Assembly (NCBI RefSeq): GCF_009914755.1
Contig: NC_060931.1
From: the human T2T-CHM13v2.0 reference genome, Homo sapiens
DNA: 64,000 bases
Strand: one strand, 5' to 3'
Below the pieces are notes generated by a model. It ran no database searches. It worked only from the letters and a program-made list of their open reading frames with translations, and had not been told where the DNA came from. Made by a program: the position numbers and the translations under genes. Positions 16,025-32,058 of this stretch are shown piece after piece (position 1 is the first letter of the stretch; the number at the start of each line of letters is the position of its first letter).

Positions 16025-16619
<595 letters not shown>

Positions 16620-17119
16620 TGTCTGCTCTGTTATACCCTCTCTCTGTGATAGACGATTTTGCTTTGCAGTTGCAGAAGGCAAGAGACAAGGGTGTTTCTG
16701 CCGTGAGCGGAATGGCAGCAGCGGGAGTGAGAACACCAGCTGGCAAAACAAGACACAGCTGGCAAGATTTGCGAAGAAAATACGGCCTGGTGGTTGAGGA
16801 TCCAGAGATGACCTTCACTGACTTGTCGATGCCACAAGCATCAAACCTGGCCCAACCTCCATGGAGTCCATTCGCATAAAACTCATTAACTGGAGCCAAT
16901 CTTCACAATCTGGTGACTCAGAGGTAAATGTTCTTTTATCAAAAGTGGAGTGAACATAACCATTAGGATGGTTACTCTAAAAGAAAATAACAGAAAATTA
17001 CAAGTGTTGGTGAGGATGTGGAAGCATTGGAACCCTTGTGCCCTGTTGGTGGGTATGTAAAAGGTGCGACCACTGTGGAAAGCTGAATGGCAGTTCCTTA
17101 GGAAAGTAAACATAGAGTA

Positions 17120-17438
17120 GCCAGGCGCGGTGGTTCACACCTGTAATCCCAGCACTTTGGAAGGCCAAGGAGGGCAGATCACCTGAGGTCAGGAGTTCGA
17201 AACCAGCTTGGCCAACACGGCGAAACCCCATCTCCACTAAAAATACAAAAATCAGCCAGGCATGGTGGTGCATGCCTGTAATCTCAGCAACTCAGGAGGC
17301 TACTAAAGCAGGAGAGTCAGAGGTTCTGATTCTGCCTGGAAGGCAGAGGTTGCAGTGAGCTTAGATCGCGCCACTGCACTCCAGCCTGGGCAACAGAGTA
17401 ACACTCCATCTCAAAAAAAGAAAAAGAAAAAGAAAAGA
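17120..17438 (+). mobile_element. AluSx
   Basis: Dimer, TSD taaacatagagt. Confidence 0.9.
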
Positions 17439-17505
17439 AAATTAAACATAGAGTTACCCTATGACCCAGCAATTCCATGTCTGGGTATATACTCAAAAGA
17501 ATTGA

Positions 17506-17975
17506 ATGTACATGTATGTTTATTGCAGCACTGTTTACAATAGCAAAGATTTGGAATCAAACCAAATGCCCACCAATGATAGACTGGATAAAGAAAATGT
17601 GGCACATATACACCATGGAATACTATGCAGCCATAAAAAAAGGATGAGTTCATGTCCTTTGCAGGGACATGGATGAAGCTGGAAACCATCATTCTCAGCA
17701 AACTATCACAGGAACAGAAAACCAAACACTGCATGTTCTCACTCATCAATGGGAGTTGAACAATGAGAACACATGGACACAGGGAGGGGAACATCACATG
17801 CCAGGGCCTGTCAGGGGGCCGGGGGTTAGGGGAGGGATAGCATTAGGAGAAATACCTAATGTAGATGCCGGGTTGATGGGTGCAGCAAACCACCGTGGCA
17901 CATGTACACCTATGCAACAAACCTGCATGTTCTGCACATGTATCCCAGAACTTAAAGTATAACAATAATAAAAAA
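17506..17975 (+). mobile_element. L1PA 3' fragment nested in older L1
   Basis: L1PA 3' UTR and tail, TSD-like aaaraattgaa. Confidence 0.9.
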
Positions 17976-18425
17976 TTGAAAGCAGGGTCTCAAAAAATAT
18001 TTGCACACCCATGTTCATAGCAGCGTTATATATCACAAGAGTCAAAAGGTAGACAAGACGCAGGTACCCATGAACAGATGGATGAATGAACAAAATGTGG
18101 CCTGTCATACAATGGAGTATTTTTCGGCCTTTAAAAGGAGATAAATTCTGACACCTGCTCCAACATGGATGGACCCTGAGGACATTACGCAGAGTGACAT
18201 AAGCCATTCGCCGAGAGACAAATACTATACGATTCCACTTACAGGAGGCACCTAGAGTCATCAAACTCATAGGGACAGAAAGTAAAATGATGGTTGCCAG
18301 GGAGAAGGGAGGAGGGAGAGTGAGTGTTTAATGGGAACGGAGTTCAAGATCACAAGATGAAAAAGTTCTGGAGATGAATGGATGGTTGCACACCATGTGA
18401 ATTAACACTCCTGAACTCACACTCA

Positions 18426-18767
<342 letters not shown>

Positions 18768-18805
18768 CTACATGTATTTTCCACAATGTTTTAAAAAATG
18801 TAAAT

Positions 18806-19092
<287 letters not shown>

Positions 19093-19472
19093 TTAACTCT
19101 TTATGTTAAAAACTAATTTTTTTTAAATTAAGGTGGGGTGAAGTCTCAAGAATAAATGCATTCTCTTGAAGCCCAGCCTCCCTCTGCTCCCAGCTTTGGC
19201 TTCAACAGTTTCACCCTCCTTCCAAACTCCTCCATTACACTCTGCTGGTCTAAACCTGGGTAGGTTTGCCAATTCTGCTTCCTCTGCCTAGAATCCTCTT
19301 CCCTCCTTTATCGTATCTTTTGGCCAAACCCAGCTCAAACATCAGGTTTTGGAAGCCTTTTCCATCCTGACCACCCACAACCCGCCCTGAAAGTCACCTG
19401 CTCTCCCCCTGGGCCACGGCTTTGCCTGGACTGTATTTCCATCAGCCTCCTCTCACAGAGCACTTACGGCTA

Positions 19473-19903
<431 letters not shown>

Positions 19904-20207
19904 AGACCCAAATACTTGGAGACTGAATTTAATTAAAATGGGATTGTAATGGCCTTAAACATGCATGCTCATGACCTCATGGTGAATCTTCCACCTCTCT
20001 AGATTGTCACCATGCGTAGGTTCCTGAGCTGGTGTTGCTGCAATTTTGGGGCATCTCTAGGGGCCATGAGGGCCCCATGAGTCTCATGGAACAGATGAAA
20101 CCAATGGGAGATGGGTTAGGTTTGCAGCATGGTCCTAGGCTTAAGATTCCTCAGTAAACTGTGCCCAGCAGGGGAGGTGCCCATTGTTAAAGAAATGTGC
20201 CTAGTGA

Positions 20208-20500
20208 CTGTCGGGCGCAGTGGCTCACACCTGTAATCCCAGCACTTTGGGAGGCCGAGGTGAGTGGATCACAAGGTCAGGAGTTCAAGACCAGTCTGGC
20301 CAAGATGGTGAAACCCGTCTCTACTAAAAATACAAAAAAATTAGCTGGGCGTGGTGGCGGACGCCTGTAATCCCAGCTACTCAGGAGGCTGAGGCAGAGA
20401 ATTGCTTGAACCCGGGAGGTGGAGGTTGCAGTGAGCTGAGATTGCACCACTGCACTCCAGCTTGGGTGACAGAGCGAGACTCTGTCTCAAAAAAAAAAAA
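20208..20500 (+). mobile_element. AluSg
   Basis: TSD aaagaaatgtgcctagtgac. Confidence 0.92.
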
Positions 20501-21146
20501 GAAATGTGCCTAGTGACACATGAGGCCTGGGAAACTGGCATGGGGAGGTACTGAATAATGAAAACACTTTCAAAAGACAACGTTGGACACCATCATGCAC
20601 TTAACCTAACTCAAGCCTTCAGGGCACTGGGGCCAGATTCCCAAGAAAAAGATTATAATAAACAGTAAAAGAGATCAATAATTTTTCAAAGGGCTCTACC
20701 CCCTGGGATATTTAAAAGCCCACGGGAAGGCTAGAAGTAAAGATGGCAGGAAGAAATGAGAGTCTAGAAATAGACACACACATATATCATCAATTGATTT
20801 ATTACAAAGGTGCCAAGGCCATTGGAAGGAAAAGGGATAGTCTCTTCAACAAGTGTTGCTGGAACCACTGAATATTCTTATGCCATAAATAATAAGAAAC
20901 GTCCACCCTGACCTCACACTGTGTAAAATATTAACTCAAAATGGATCATAGACCTAAATGTAAGAGTTGAATTCATAAAGCATCTAGAAAAAAGCAGTGG
21001 AGAACATCTTTGTGACCTTTGGTTAGGAAGAAATTTCTTAGATATGACACCAAAAGCACAATCTATAATAGAAAAAAGAGATAAATTGGATTTCGTCTCA
21101 ATTTAAAATATTTGCTTTTCAAAACCACCATTAAGAAAATGGAAAG

Positions 21147-21262
21147 ACTGGGCTCAGTGGCTCAGTCCTGTAACCCGAGCACTTTGGGAGGCTGAGGCAG
21201 GAGGATGGCTTGAGTCCAGGAGTTTGAGACCAACCTGGCAACATAATGAGACCTCACTCTAC

Positions 21263-21295
<33 letters not shown>

Positions 21296-21415
21296 TGGGA
21301 GGATCGCTTGAGCCTAGGAGGTCAAGAGGCTGTAATGAGCCGTGAGTGTGCCACTGCACTCCTGCCTGGGTGACAGGAGTGAGATCCTGTCTCCCCCTGA
21401 AAAAAAAAAAAAAAT
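21147..21415 (+). mobile_element. AluJ with internal deletion
   Basis: Long middle A-run joined to partial right arm. Confidence 0.85.
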
Positions 21416-21538
21416 AGACAAGTCACAGACTGAGAAAAATATTTGTAAAACATGTGTGTGATTAAAAAAAAAACTTTTATCCAGAATATATAAAGAACTT
21501 CTACAATTTAGTAATAGGAAGACAAACAACCCAATTTA

Positions 21539-21949
<411 letters not shown>

Positions 21950-22346
21950 TTAAACCACTATGAGATACCATTAACATCTATTAGAAGAGCTATAATCAAA
22001 AAGATTGTCAATTTGCAAGGATATGGAGAAACTAAAAGTCTCAAACATCGTGGATGGGAATATAAAATTGAAAAGTAGTTTGGCAATTTCTTTAAATGTT
22101 AAGCATACACCTATCACATAAACCTTATCATACAAATCAGCAGTTCCACTCCTGGGTATCTACCCAAGAGAAACGAAAACGTGTGCACACAAAGAGATGG
22201 GCACAAATGTTCATAGCAGCTTTGATCACAAGAGCCTCCAACTGGATATGGTGCTGATGTCCATCAACTAATGAACAGATAAACAGATTGTGATGTAGAT
22301 ACACAGTAGACTATAATCAATAATAAAAAGGAATGAACTGAGGCCT

Positions 22347-23041
<695 letters not shown>

Positions 23042-23217
23042 GACATCAAACACTATGAATGAAACTCAAAAACATTATGCTAAGTAAAAGAAGGTCAACA
23101 TGAAAACCTGCATATTGGACAATTTCCTTTATGTGATATTTCCAGAAAGGGCAGAACTTCAAAGATAGTAAACGAAGCAATAATTGTCTGAGTTTGGGGT
23201 TAGAAACAGGCACAACG

Positions 23218-23519
23218 GGCCGGGCACGGTGGCTCACGCCTCTAATCCCAGCATTTTGGGAGGCCAAGGCAGGCGGATCACGAGGTCAGGAGATCGAGAC
23301 CATCCTGGTTAACACGGTAAAACCCCGTCTCTACTAAAAATACAAAAAATTAGCCGGGCGAGGTGGCGGGCGCCTGTAGTCCCAGCTACTCGGGAGGCTG
23401 AGGCAGGAGAATAGCGTGAACCCCGAGGGGGCGGAGCCTGCAGTGAGCCAAGATCGCGCCACTGCACTCCAGCCTGGGCGACAGCGACACTCTGTCTCAA
23501 AAAAAAAAAAAAAAAAAAG
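23218..23519 (+). mobile_element. AluY (Ye5-like)
   Basis: gggcgaggtgg, ggagcctgcag, gcgacagcga; TSD agaaacaggcacaa. Confidence 0.9.
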
Positions 23520-24002
23520 AAACAGGCACAATGAAATTTTGAGGGTGGCGGAACTGCTGTAAAGCTGGATGGTGGTCATGTGGCAGAACCGTATAAATTT
23601 ACTAAAAATCGTTGAACTGCACACTTAAAATAGCTGCATTTTATGGTATGTAAATTATACTTCAATAAACCTATTGTTTAATCTGCTACACGTTACTCAG
23701 AAATTCTACCCCCAAGAATCTATCCTATGTTAGCAAAAATACAAAATGACCCATGCATTAGTCTATTTATTAAAACATTTTTATATAAACAAAAGGCTGA
23801 AAACAACCCAAATGTTCATTGATGGGGACTGATTGCATTATCTGTAGTATATCCATAAAATGGAGTACTCTCCACCTATAAAAAACATAAAGTAGATTAC
23901 AACATATGTTATACAATAAATTCCAGAAAACATCGTTAAAGGAAAAAAAATAAATTGGCAGAAGAGTTCCATTAGTGAAGAGGAGTTTAAAAAAAGAATA
24001 TG

Positions 24003-24268
24003 AGACCAGGTACAGTAGCTCACGCCTGCAAGCCCAGCAGTTGGGAGGCTGAAGCAGGATTGATTGAGGCCAGGAGTTCGAGCCCAGCCTGGGCAACATA
24101 GTGAGACCTTGTCTTTACAGAAGTTTAAAAATCAGCTGGCGGTGGTGGTGCACACCTTTAGTCCCAGCTACTTGGGAGGCCGAGGTGGGAGGATTGCTTG
24201 AGCCAGGGAGTTCAAGGCTTCATTGAGCTATGATTGCACCACTGCAGTCCAAAAAAAAAAAAAAAAAA
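24003..24268 (+). mobile_element. AluJ
   Basis: Diverged dimer, short 3' deletion. Confidence 0.85.
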
Positions 24269-24529
24269 TTGAAGGTTTTGGGGGAGGTTTTTTGTTGTAT
24301 GTCTTTTTTTAATTTTGCTTACCAGGGATTCTCTTGCCTGTGCCCCCTTCATTGTGGAGCAGTAATGCGGCTAAGGCCTTGTCAAGCTCTACATCAACAG
24401 TTGGCACAACTCCCCTTGTTACAACTTTCAGCCACAAACAGTACTTTCATCCATCTGGTAACCCGGAAGTCATGTGAGATGAGTTCATGGGAAGAAGGTG
24501 GACTGAGGAAGCCTAATGAGTTGGCCATG

Positions 24530-26275
24530 GTGAGCCGGTAAATGCTTAACAACTGGCTCTCCAAGGGAAAAACCAGTTTGTAGTCTGTGCCAATTCCTGT
24601 GATGTAAATACTCCCACTGCGTCCGGAATTGGTGGGTTCTTGGTCTCACTGACTTCAAGAATGAAGCCACGGACCCTTGCGGTGAGTGTTACAGCTCTTA
24701 AGTTGGCGCGTCTGCGGTTTGCTCCTTCTGATGTTCGGTTGTGTTCAGAGTTTCTTCCTTCTGGTGGGTTCGTGGTCTCGCTGGTTCAGGAGTGAAGCTG
24801 CAGACTTTTGCGGTGAGTGTTACCTCTCTTAAGGCAGCGCATTTGGAGTTGTTCGTTTTTCCCGGTGGGCTCGTGGTCTCGCTGGCTTCAGGAATGAAGC
24901 TGCAGACCTTCGTGGTGAGTGTTACAGCTCATAAAAGCAGTGTGGACCCAAAGAGTGAGCAATAGCAAGATTTATTGCAAAGAGAGAAAGAACAAAGCTT
25001 CCACAGCGTGGAAGGGGACCCGATTGGGTTGCCACTGCTGGCTCGGGCAGCCTGCTTTTATTCTCTTATCTGGCCCCACCCACATCCTGCTGATTGGTAG
25101 AGTCCAGTGGTCTGTTTTGACAGGGCACTGATTGGTGTGTTTACAATCCTTGAGCTGGACACAAAGTTTCTCCAGGTCCCCACCAGATTAGCTAGATACA
25201 GAGTGTGGACAGAAAGGCTCTCCAAGGCCCCACCAGAGTAGCTAGATACAGAGTGTCTATTGGTGCATTCACAAACCCTGAGCTAGACACAGGGTGCTGA
25301 TTGGTGTGTTTACAAACCTTGAGCTAGATACAGAGTGCTGATTGGTGTATTTACAATCCTTGAGCTAGGCATAAAGGTTCTTCAAGGCCCCACCAGAGTA
25401 GCTAGATACAGAGTGTGGATTGGTGCATTCACAAACCCTGAGCTAGACACAGGGTGCTGATTGGTGTGTTTACAATCCTTGAGCTAGACATAAAGGTTCT
25501 GCATGTCCCCACCAGACTCAGGAGCCCAGCTGGCTTCACCCAGTGGATCCCGCACAGGGGCTGCAGGTGGAGCTGCCTGCCAGTCCCGGTGCCCTGCTCC
25601 CGCACTCCTCAGCCCTTGGGTGGTCGATGGGACTGGGCGCTGTGGAGCAGGGGGTGGCGCTCGTCGGGGAGGCTCGGACAGCACAGGAGCCCACGGAGGC
25701 GGGGGAAGGCTCAGGCATGGCGTGATGCAGTCCCGAGCCCTGCCCCGCGGGAAGGCAGCTAAGGCCCGGTGAGAAATCGAGCACAGCGATGGTGGGCTGG
25801 CACTGCTGGGGGACCCAGTACACCCTCCGCAGCCACTGGCCCGGGTGCTAAGTCCCTCACTGCCCGGGGCCCGCAGGGCCGGCCTGCTGCTCCGAGTGCA
25901 GGGCCCGCCAAACCCACGCCCACCCGGAACTCCAGCTGGCCTGCAAGCGCCTCACGCAGCCCCAGTTCTGCTCGCGCCTCTCTCCACACCTCCCTGCAAG
26001 CTGAGGGAGCCGGCTCTGGCCTTGGCCAGCCCATAAAGGGGCTCCCACAGTGCAGCGGTGGGCTGAAGGGCTCCTCAAGTGCCGCCAAAGTGGGAGCCCA
26101 GGCAGAGGAGGCGCCGAGAGCGAGCGAGGGCTGTGAGGACTGCCAGCACGCTGTCACCTCTCACCACCACAGCCAATTTCAGACTAATCTGGTGAAGTCA
26201 CTGAACCCACAGTTGGAATGAGACGCACACAACCAGCTCTTCCACGCAGTCCACACCAGTTCCAGTACACAGCTG
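24530..26275. mobile_element. MER102-like hAT relic split by LTR12C
   Basis: gccggtaaatgcttaacaactggctc...aaatactcccac | cacagccaatttcag...gtcactgaac. Confidence 0.6.
24618..26163 (-). mobile_element. LTR12C (ERV9) solo LTR, full length
   Basis: Minus strand starts TGAGAGGTGACAGCGTGCTGGCAG, ends CCAATTCCGGACGCA; 4-bp TSD CCAC; CCAAT/GATA tandem repeats. Confidence 0.96.
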
Positions 26276-26289
26276 GCGATGAGGTACCA

Positions 26290-27020
26290 TTTCATTGACA
26301 GACTTTCTGGCAACTCAGAAAGTCTGACGATACCAGATGTTTAATATCAAGAGGCATTAAAATGTGGTAGAAATATGAACTGGTACAATCACTTTGGAGA
26401 GCCAAATGGCATAGTCTGGTGTTGCACATATCCAAAGTCTAAAAATGTTTGCAGTTTTCCATCAAGATATGTTATAAACAGTGCTTATTGAAGAATTGTT
26501 GGTAAAAGCCAAAAAAAAAAGAGGAAAGAAAGAAAACAGCCAAAATGTCCATCAGTAGGAGAATGTATAGACTAATTCTGGAATAGTCAACTGAAAATGT
26601 TCTATAGCATTTAAAATTAATAAGTTAATATATGAAAATGGCTAGATCTTGAAATCATAATGATGAATTAGAAGACAAGCTTTAGGATGCTATTCTATGC
26701 ATAACATAGGACTTCTATAACCATTTAAAATGCGTAAAAGGATACTCCGCAATATTGTATAGAGACATATTCATTGAAGCACGTGATACAATCATTTTAA
26801 ATAGAGTAGACAAACACATACCAAATTTATGATAATGTTGCCTCTGGAAAAGAAGAGATTGAAACTGGAGAGATATAGAAAAGGTACTTCATCCTTATTA
26901 TTATTCTAAGTCCTTTAAATATTAAAAAATGTATCTGAAATATTAATGGTTTAAATTCAAGCATTGAGGAATAGGGTATGCATGCTGGTTACCTTATTAT
27001 TTATGGTTTTTTTGTATTTC
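26290..27020 (+). mobile_element. L1ME-type 3' relic
   Basis: caaaatgtccatcagtaggagaatg, A-rich. Confidence 0.5.
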
Positions 27021-27084
27021 AGAAACTCCTTCAAAACATGAAACACAATCCTTTATAATAAGAGTTTTATTTTTTTAATTTTCC

Positions 27085-27374
27085 AATTTTTTAGAGACAG
27101 GGTCTTGCTCTGTTACCCAGGCTGGAGTGCAGTGGCGTGATCACAGCTCACTGTAGCCTCAGCCTCCTGGGCTGAAGCCATCCTCCCACCTCAGCCTCCT
27201 GAGTAGCTGGGACTATAGGCGTGCACCACCACTCCCAGCTTAGTATTATTTTTTATAAAGATGAGGTCTTGCTATGTTGCTCAGGCTGGCCTTGAACTCC
27301 TGGCCTAAAGTGATCCTCCCACCTTGGCCTCCCAAAGCCCTGGGATTTATAGGCATGAGCCACCATGACCAGCC
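27085..27374 (-). mobile_element. AluJ
   Basis: Antisense dimer. Confidence 0.88.
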
Positions 27375-27652
27375 TAAAAGTTTTTATTAATTCTTCCACT
27401 GTTCACTGGTAAATTCCACTATTTGCCCAATATTCAGGTAGAGAAGTACCACTCGAATATGACCATGTGGGCACTTTCCACTCAGGTAGCCTGGGGCTGA
27501 ATGAGGTCAGTTTAACATCCCCTTTTCTGGGAAGCCTCCCCTGACTCCCTCCTCTTACACACGTTCCAGTGGCATTTCATGAGCGTACACTATGACAGCT
27601 GACATAGTGTATGCACAATAATTGTGCTTCTGTCTCATCCATTAAACTATGA

Positions 27653-27980
<328 letters not shown>

Positions 27981-28111
27981 TAATTTATTCATTTCTATAT
28001 TCCTAGGGCCTAAGAGTGCTATAGCAGACATGGCAACTTTTGAATGAATGCAAGAACAGAGAAAACATTTTCATTTTTCACAAGCACCTTCTTTTTCTCT
28101 CGCTCTCTCTC

Positions 28112-28412
28112 TTTTTTTTTTTTTTTTTTTTGAGACAGAGTCTCTCTCTGTCGCCCAGGCTGGAGTAAAACAGCGCAATCTCTGCTCGCTGCAACCTCTG
28201 CCTCCCGGGTTCAAGAGATTCTCCTGCCTCAGCCTCCTGAGTAGCTGGGATTACAGGTGCGCACCACCACACCTGGCTAATTTTTGTATTTTTTTAGTAG
28301 AGACGGGGTTTCACCATGTTGGTCATGCTGGTCTTGAACTCCTGATCTTGTGATCCGCCCACCTCGTCCTCCTAAAGTGCTGGGGTTACAGGCCTGAGCC
28401 ACTGCGTCCGGC
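28112..28412 (-). mobile_element. AluS (Sc/Sg)
   Basis: Antisense dimer, TSD-like cacaascaccttct. Confidence 0.9.
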
Positions 28413-28684
28413 CCCACAACCACCTTCTAAATTGAGTAAGCTGAGCAGTGCCAGATCACTTCACTTTGTAAATGACCAATTAATGAGTCCTCACTATTGG
28501 TGTGCCCAGTCCTTAGGACATAGCACAAAGGGTCGTGGAGCACCGTGATGTAAGCACTTGCAAGTCACTGGTAGAGGGAGGGTTGAGCACTGGGCCAGAT
28601 GGCTACAGGGCCATGGGATGATTGACACCTGGGATGGCCTCATTTAAGCCCAGCGCCTGCTACAGGCACTTCCCTTGATGTCAG

Positions 28685-29281
28685 TGTTAGAAATAAATTT
28701 TCGGTGCTGCAAAAGAAATAGCACTTGAGCATAAATTTTCTCAGCAAGGCAATTTTACTTCCATAGAAGGGTGCATCTCACAGATGGAGTAATGGCGAGA
28801 GCACACCTTGAACAAGGGAGGGGAAGGGGGTTCTTATCCCTGATGCAGGCTACTGCTGTGTCATTCCCCTATTGGCTAGGGTTGGACCGCACAGTCTAAG
28901 TTAATTCTCAGTGGCTATTTTAAAGAGAGCAGGGGTACCAGCCGGAGTGGCAGGGTGAGTAGTTTGGCAGGAAGGACGGTTACAGAACAGGTGACTCAGG
29001 TTGACTCAGGTCAGAGCAGGTGACAGGGGTGACTCAGGATGGAGCAGGTGACCAGAGGTAACTCAGGACAGAGTAGGTGATAGAGGCTAGGAGAGGGTTG
29101 TTTACTGAAACTAGGAACAAGGAGATGAAGAGAATGAGGAAGTTAAACTTTAAAATGAAGGACAAAGAACAGGGGAGCTGAACATACTGATTCATTGGTT
29201 CTTTGGAGAGGATCTCAGAACTCATTGTACTTAACAATTTACAGGCTAAAACCTTTGAAGAGGAATTTATCATATCCTACC
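28685..29281 (-). mobile_element. LTR10 (A/F-like, ERV1) solo LTR
   Basis: Minus strand begins GTAGGATATGATAAATTCCTCTTCAAAGG, TSD TCAG, internal TGACTCA repeats. Confidence 0.8.
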
Positions 29282-29736
29282 TCAGTTTGAGAAAAGTCCA
29301 TTCACCAAAATTGTAAGACATTGAGACTTGGGATATCCCATCCCTGCCATTTCTCTGCCATAGATGGAGGCAGAAATCCACAGAAACAAAGGAAACAGTA
29401 AAGTGGGTTTATGGAAAAGCCAACCAAGGCATGATAGAATGGGGACAGCAGCAGCAAAGAATGGGGCAATTCAGGGACGTGCGGCACATGGCAGGGTAGG
29501 ACTTAAGTCCAGAAATAAAAATAGTCAAGCATGTTTACTATTTTATCCCAAAGGCTCAGCTTCCTGTGAGAGCGGAGGGGAAACCCAGCCCCCTGGCGTG
29601 GTTTTCAGCCTCTCTATCTCAGTCTTCTTTTAAATGCAAATGCCCTTTGCGGTACGAAACCTGTTCTTCCAGTGGCATAGACAGGAACAAAACCTAGTAC
29701 CTCCTCCAGGGCTGCGCAGAGTAGAAAGGTAGTGGT

Positions 29737-30038
29737 GACCTGGCGCGGTGGCTCAGGCCTGTAATCCTAGCACTTTGGGAAGCTGAGGCGGGTGCATCAC
29801 TTGAGGTCAGGAGTTCGAGACCAGCCTGGCCAACGTGGTGAAACCCTGTCTCTATTAAAAATACAAAGATTAGCTGGGTGTGGTGGTGGGTGCCTGTAAT
29901 CCCAGCTACTCAGGAGGCTGAGGCAGGAAAATCACTTCAACCCAGGAGGTGGAGGTTGTAGGAGCCGAGCCTGTGCCTCTGCACTTTAGCCTGGGTGACA
30001 GAGCAAGACTCCATCTCAAAAAAAATAAAAAATAAAAA
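29737..30038 (+). mobile_element. AluSx
   Basis: Full dimer. Confidence 0.9.
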
Positions 30039-30541
30039 ATACTGTTTATGGTCTCTCCCAAGAAAATGAAGTGCTTAGGTATAAATGTAACAAAATATGT
30101 ATGGGATCTGTATGCTAAAAGCCACAAAATGTTGATGAGAAGAATCAAAGAGATCCTAAATAAAAGAAGCACTATACTATGTTCATGGATTGAAAGAGTT
30201 AACGTAGAGATGCAGATTTTTTCCCCAAATGGATCTATAGGTTTAAATCAATTCTTCTGAAAATCCCAGCAAGGTTTTTGTAGAAAAGCTTTTTTTACAT
30301 TTTATGGAAGGGCAAAAGACTTAAAATCGCTAACACAATTTGGAAAAAATAAACTGGGCGGAACCACTCTGTACAACATAATGACTTACTAATAGTGCAA
30401 TAATTAAGACTGTTTGGTACTGGCAAAGGGATACACACAGTGATCAATGGAGAAGACTAGAGAATAAGAAATAGATCCACGCAAATAGGGGCAACTGATT
30501 TTTACAATGATGCAGAACCATTTCAGTGGAGGAAGGATAAC

Positions 30542-30959
30542 TGTATTAGTCTGTTCTCACCCTGCTATGAAGAAATAGCAGATCACGTGAGCCCAGGAGT
30601 TCAAGAACAGCCTAGGCAACATGGTGAAAATACTCAAGACTGGGTGATTTATAAAGAAAAGAGGTTTAATTGATTCACAGTTACTCATGGCTGGGGAGGC
30701 CTCAGGAAACTTACAATTATAGCAGAGGTCACCACTTCACAGGGCAACAGAAGACAGAATGAGTGCCAGGCAAAGGGGGATACCTCTTATAAAACCATCG
30801 GATCTCATGAGAACTCACTCAATATTATGACAACAGCAGGGGAGGAAACTGGCCCCATGATTCAATTATCTCCTACAGGGTCCCTCCCACAGCACGTAGG
30901 GATTATGGGAACTACAGTTCAAGATGAGATTTGGGTGGGGACATAGCCAAACCATATCA
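30542..30959 (-). mobile_element. THE1 (C/D) solo LTR with 52-bp insert
   Basis: tgtattagtc...ccaaaccatatca, flanks ataac/ataag. Confidence 0.9.
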
Positions 30960-31266
30960 ATAAGCTTACCATAAATGGTGCTTTATACGCACTTTATACA
31001 AAAATTAACACAAAATTAGTCATAGACTTAAGTGTAAAACATAAGACTAAAAAACTTTTAGAAAAATAAACATAGAAAAAACATTCAGGAACTAGAGCTA
31101 GGTAAAGAGATTTTAGACTTGACACCAAAAGCACAATCTACAAAAGGAAAAATGGATAAATTGACCTCTTCAAAAAAAACAAAACAAAACAAAAAAAACT
31201 TGCTCAGCTAAAGACCCTTTTAAGAGGAAAAGAAAAGCTACATATGATGATCATAAAAGAATAGCA

Positions 31267-31575
31267 GTCTGTGTGCGGTGGTTCACATCTGTAATCCTAA
31301 CACTTTTGGGAGGACAAGGCAGGCAGATCACGTGAGCCCAGGAGTTCAAGACCAGCCTGGGCAACATGGTGAAATCTCATCTCTACAAAAAAGATACAAA
31401 CATTAGCCAGGTGTGGTGGCACATGCCTGTAGTCCCAGCTACTCGGGAGGCTGAGGTGGGAGGATTACTTGAGCCTGGGAGGTCAGGCTGCAGTGAACCA
31501 TGATTGCGCCCCTGCACTCCAGCCTGGGCAACATAGTGAGACCCTGTCTCAATTTTAAAAATAAATAAATAAAAG
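31267..31575 (+). mobile_element. AluJb
   Basis: TSD aaaagaatagca. Confidence 0.9.
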
Positions 31576-31601
31576 AATAGCAAGAGGGAGCCCTAGGGTG
31601 A

Positions 31602-31943
<342 letters not shown>

Positions 31944-32011
31944 GAGCAGTTCTGTATCTTGATTGTGATGGTAGTTGCACAAATCTACACGTGACAAATT
32001 TGCACAGAGAT

Positions 32012-32058
32012 GCACACACACATGCACAAACACACACACACACAAACACACACACACA
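32012..32058. repeat. Imperfect (CA)n
   Basis: Direct reading. Confidence 0.9.

Noticed and set aside
25090-25510. Regularly spaced repeats resembling an array
   Set aside because: Known LTR12 U3 tandem repeats, no unique spacers; not CRISPR.
25500-26163. CpG-island-like region with several ORFs
   Set aside because: Intrinsic LTR12C U3 sequence, not a gene promoter or CDS.
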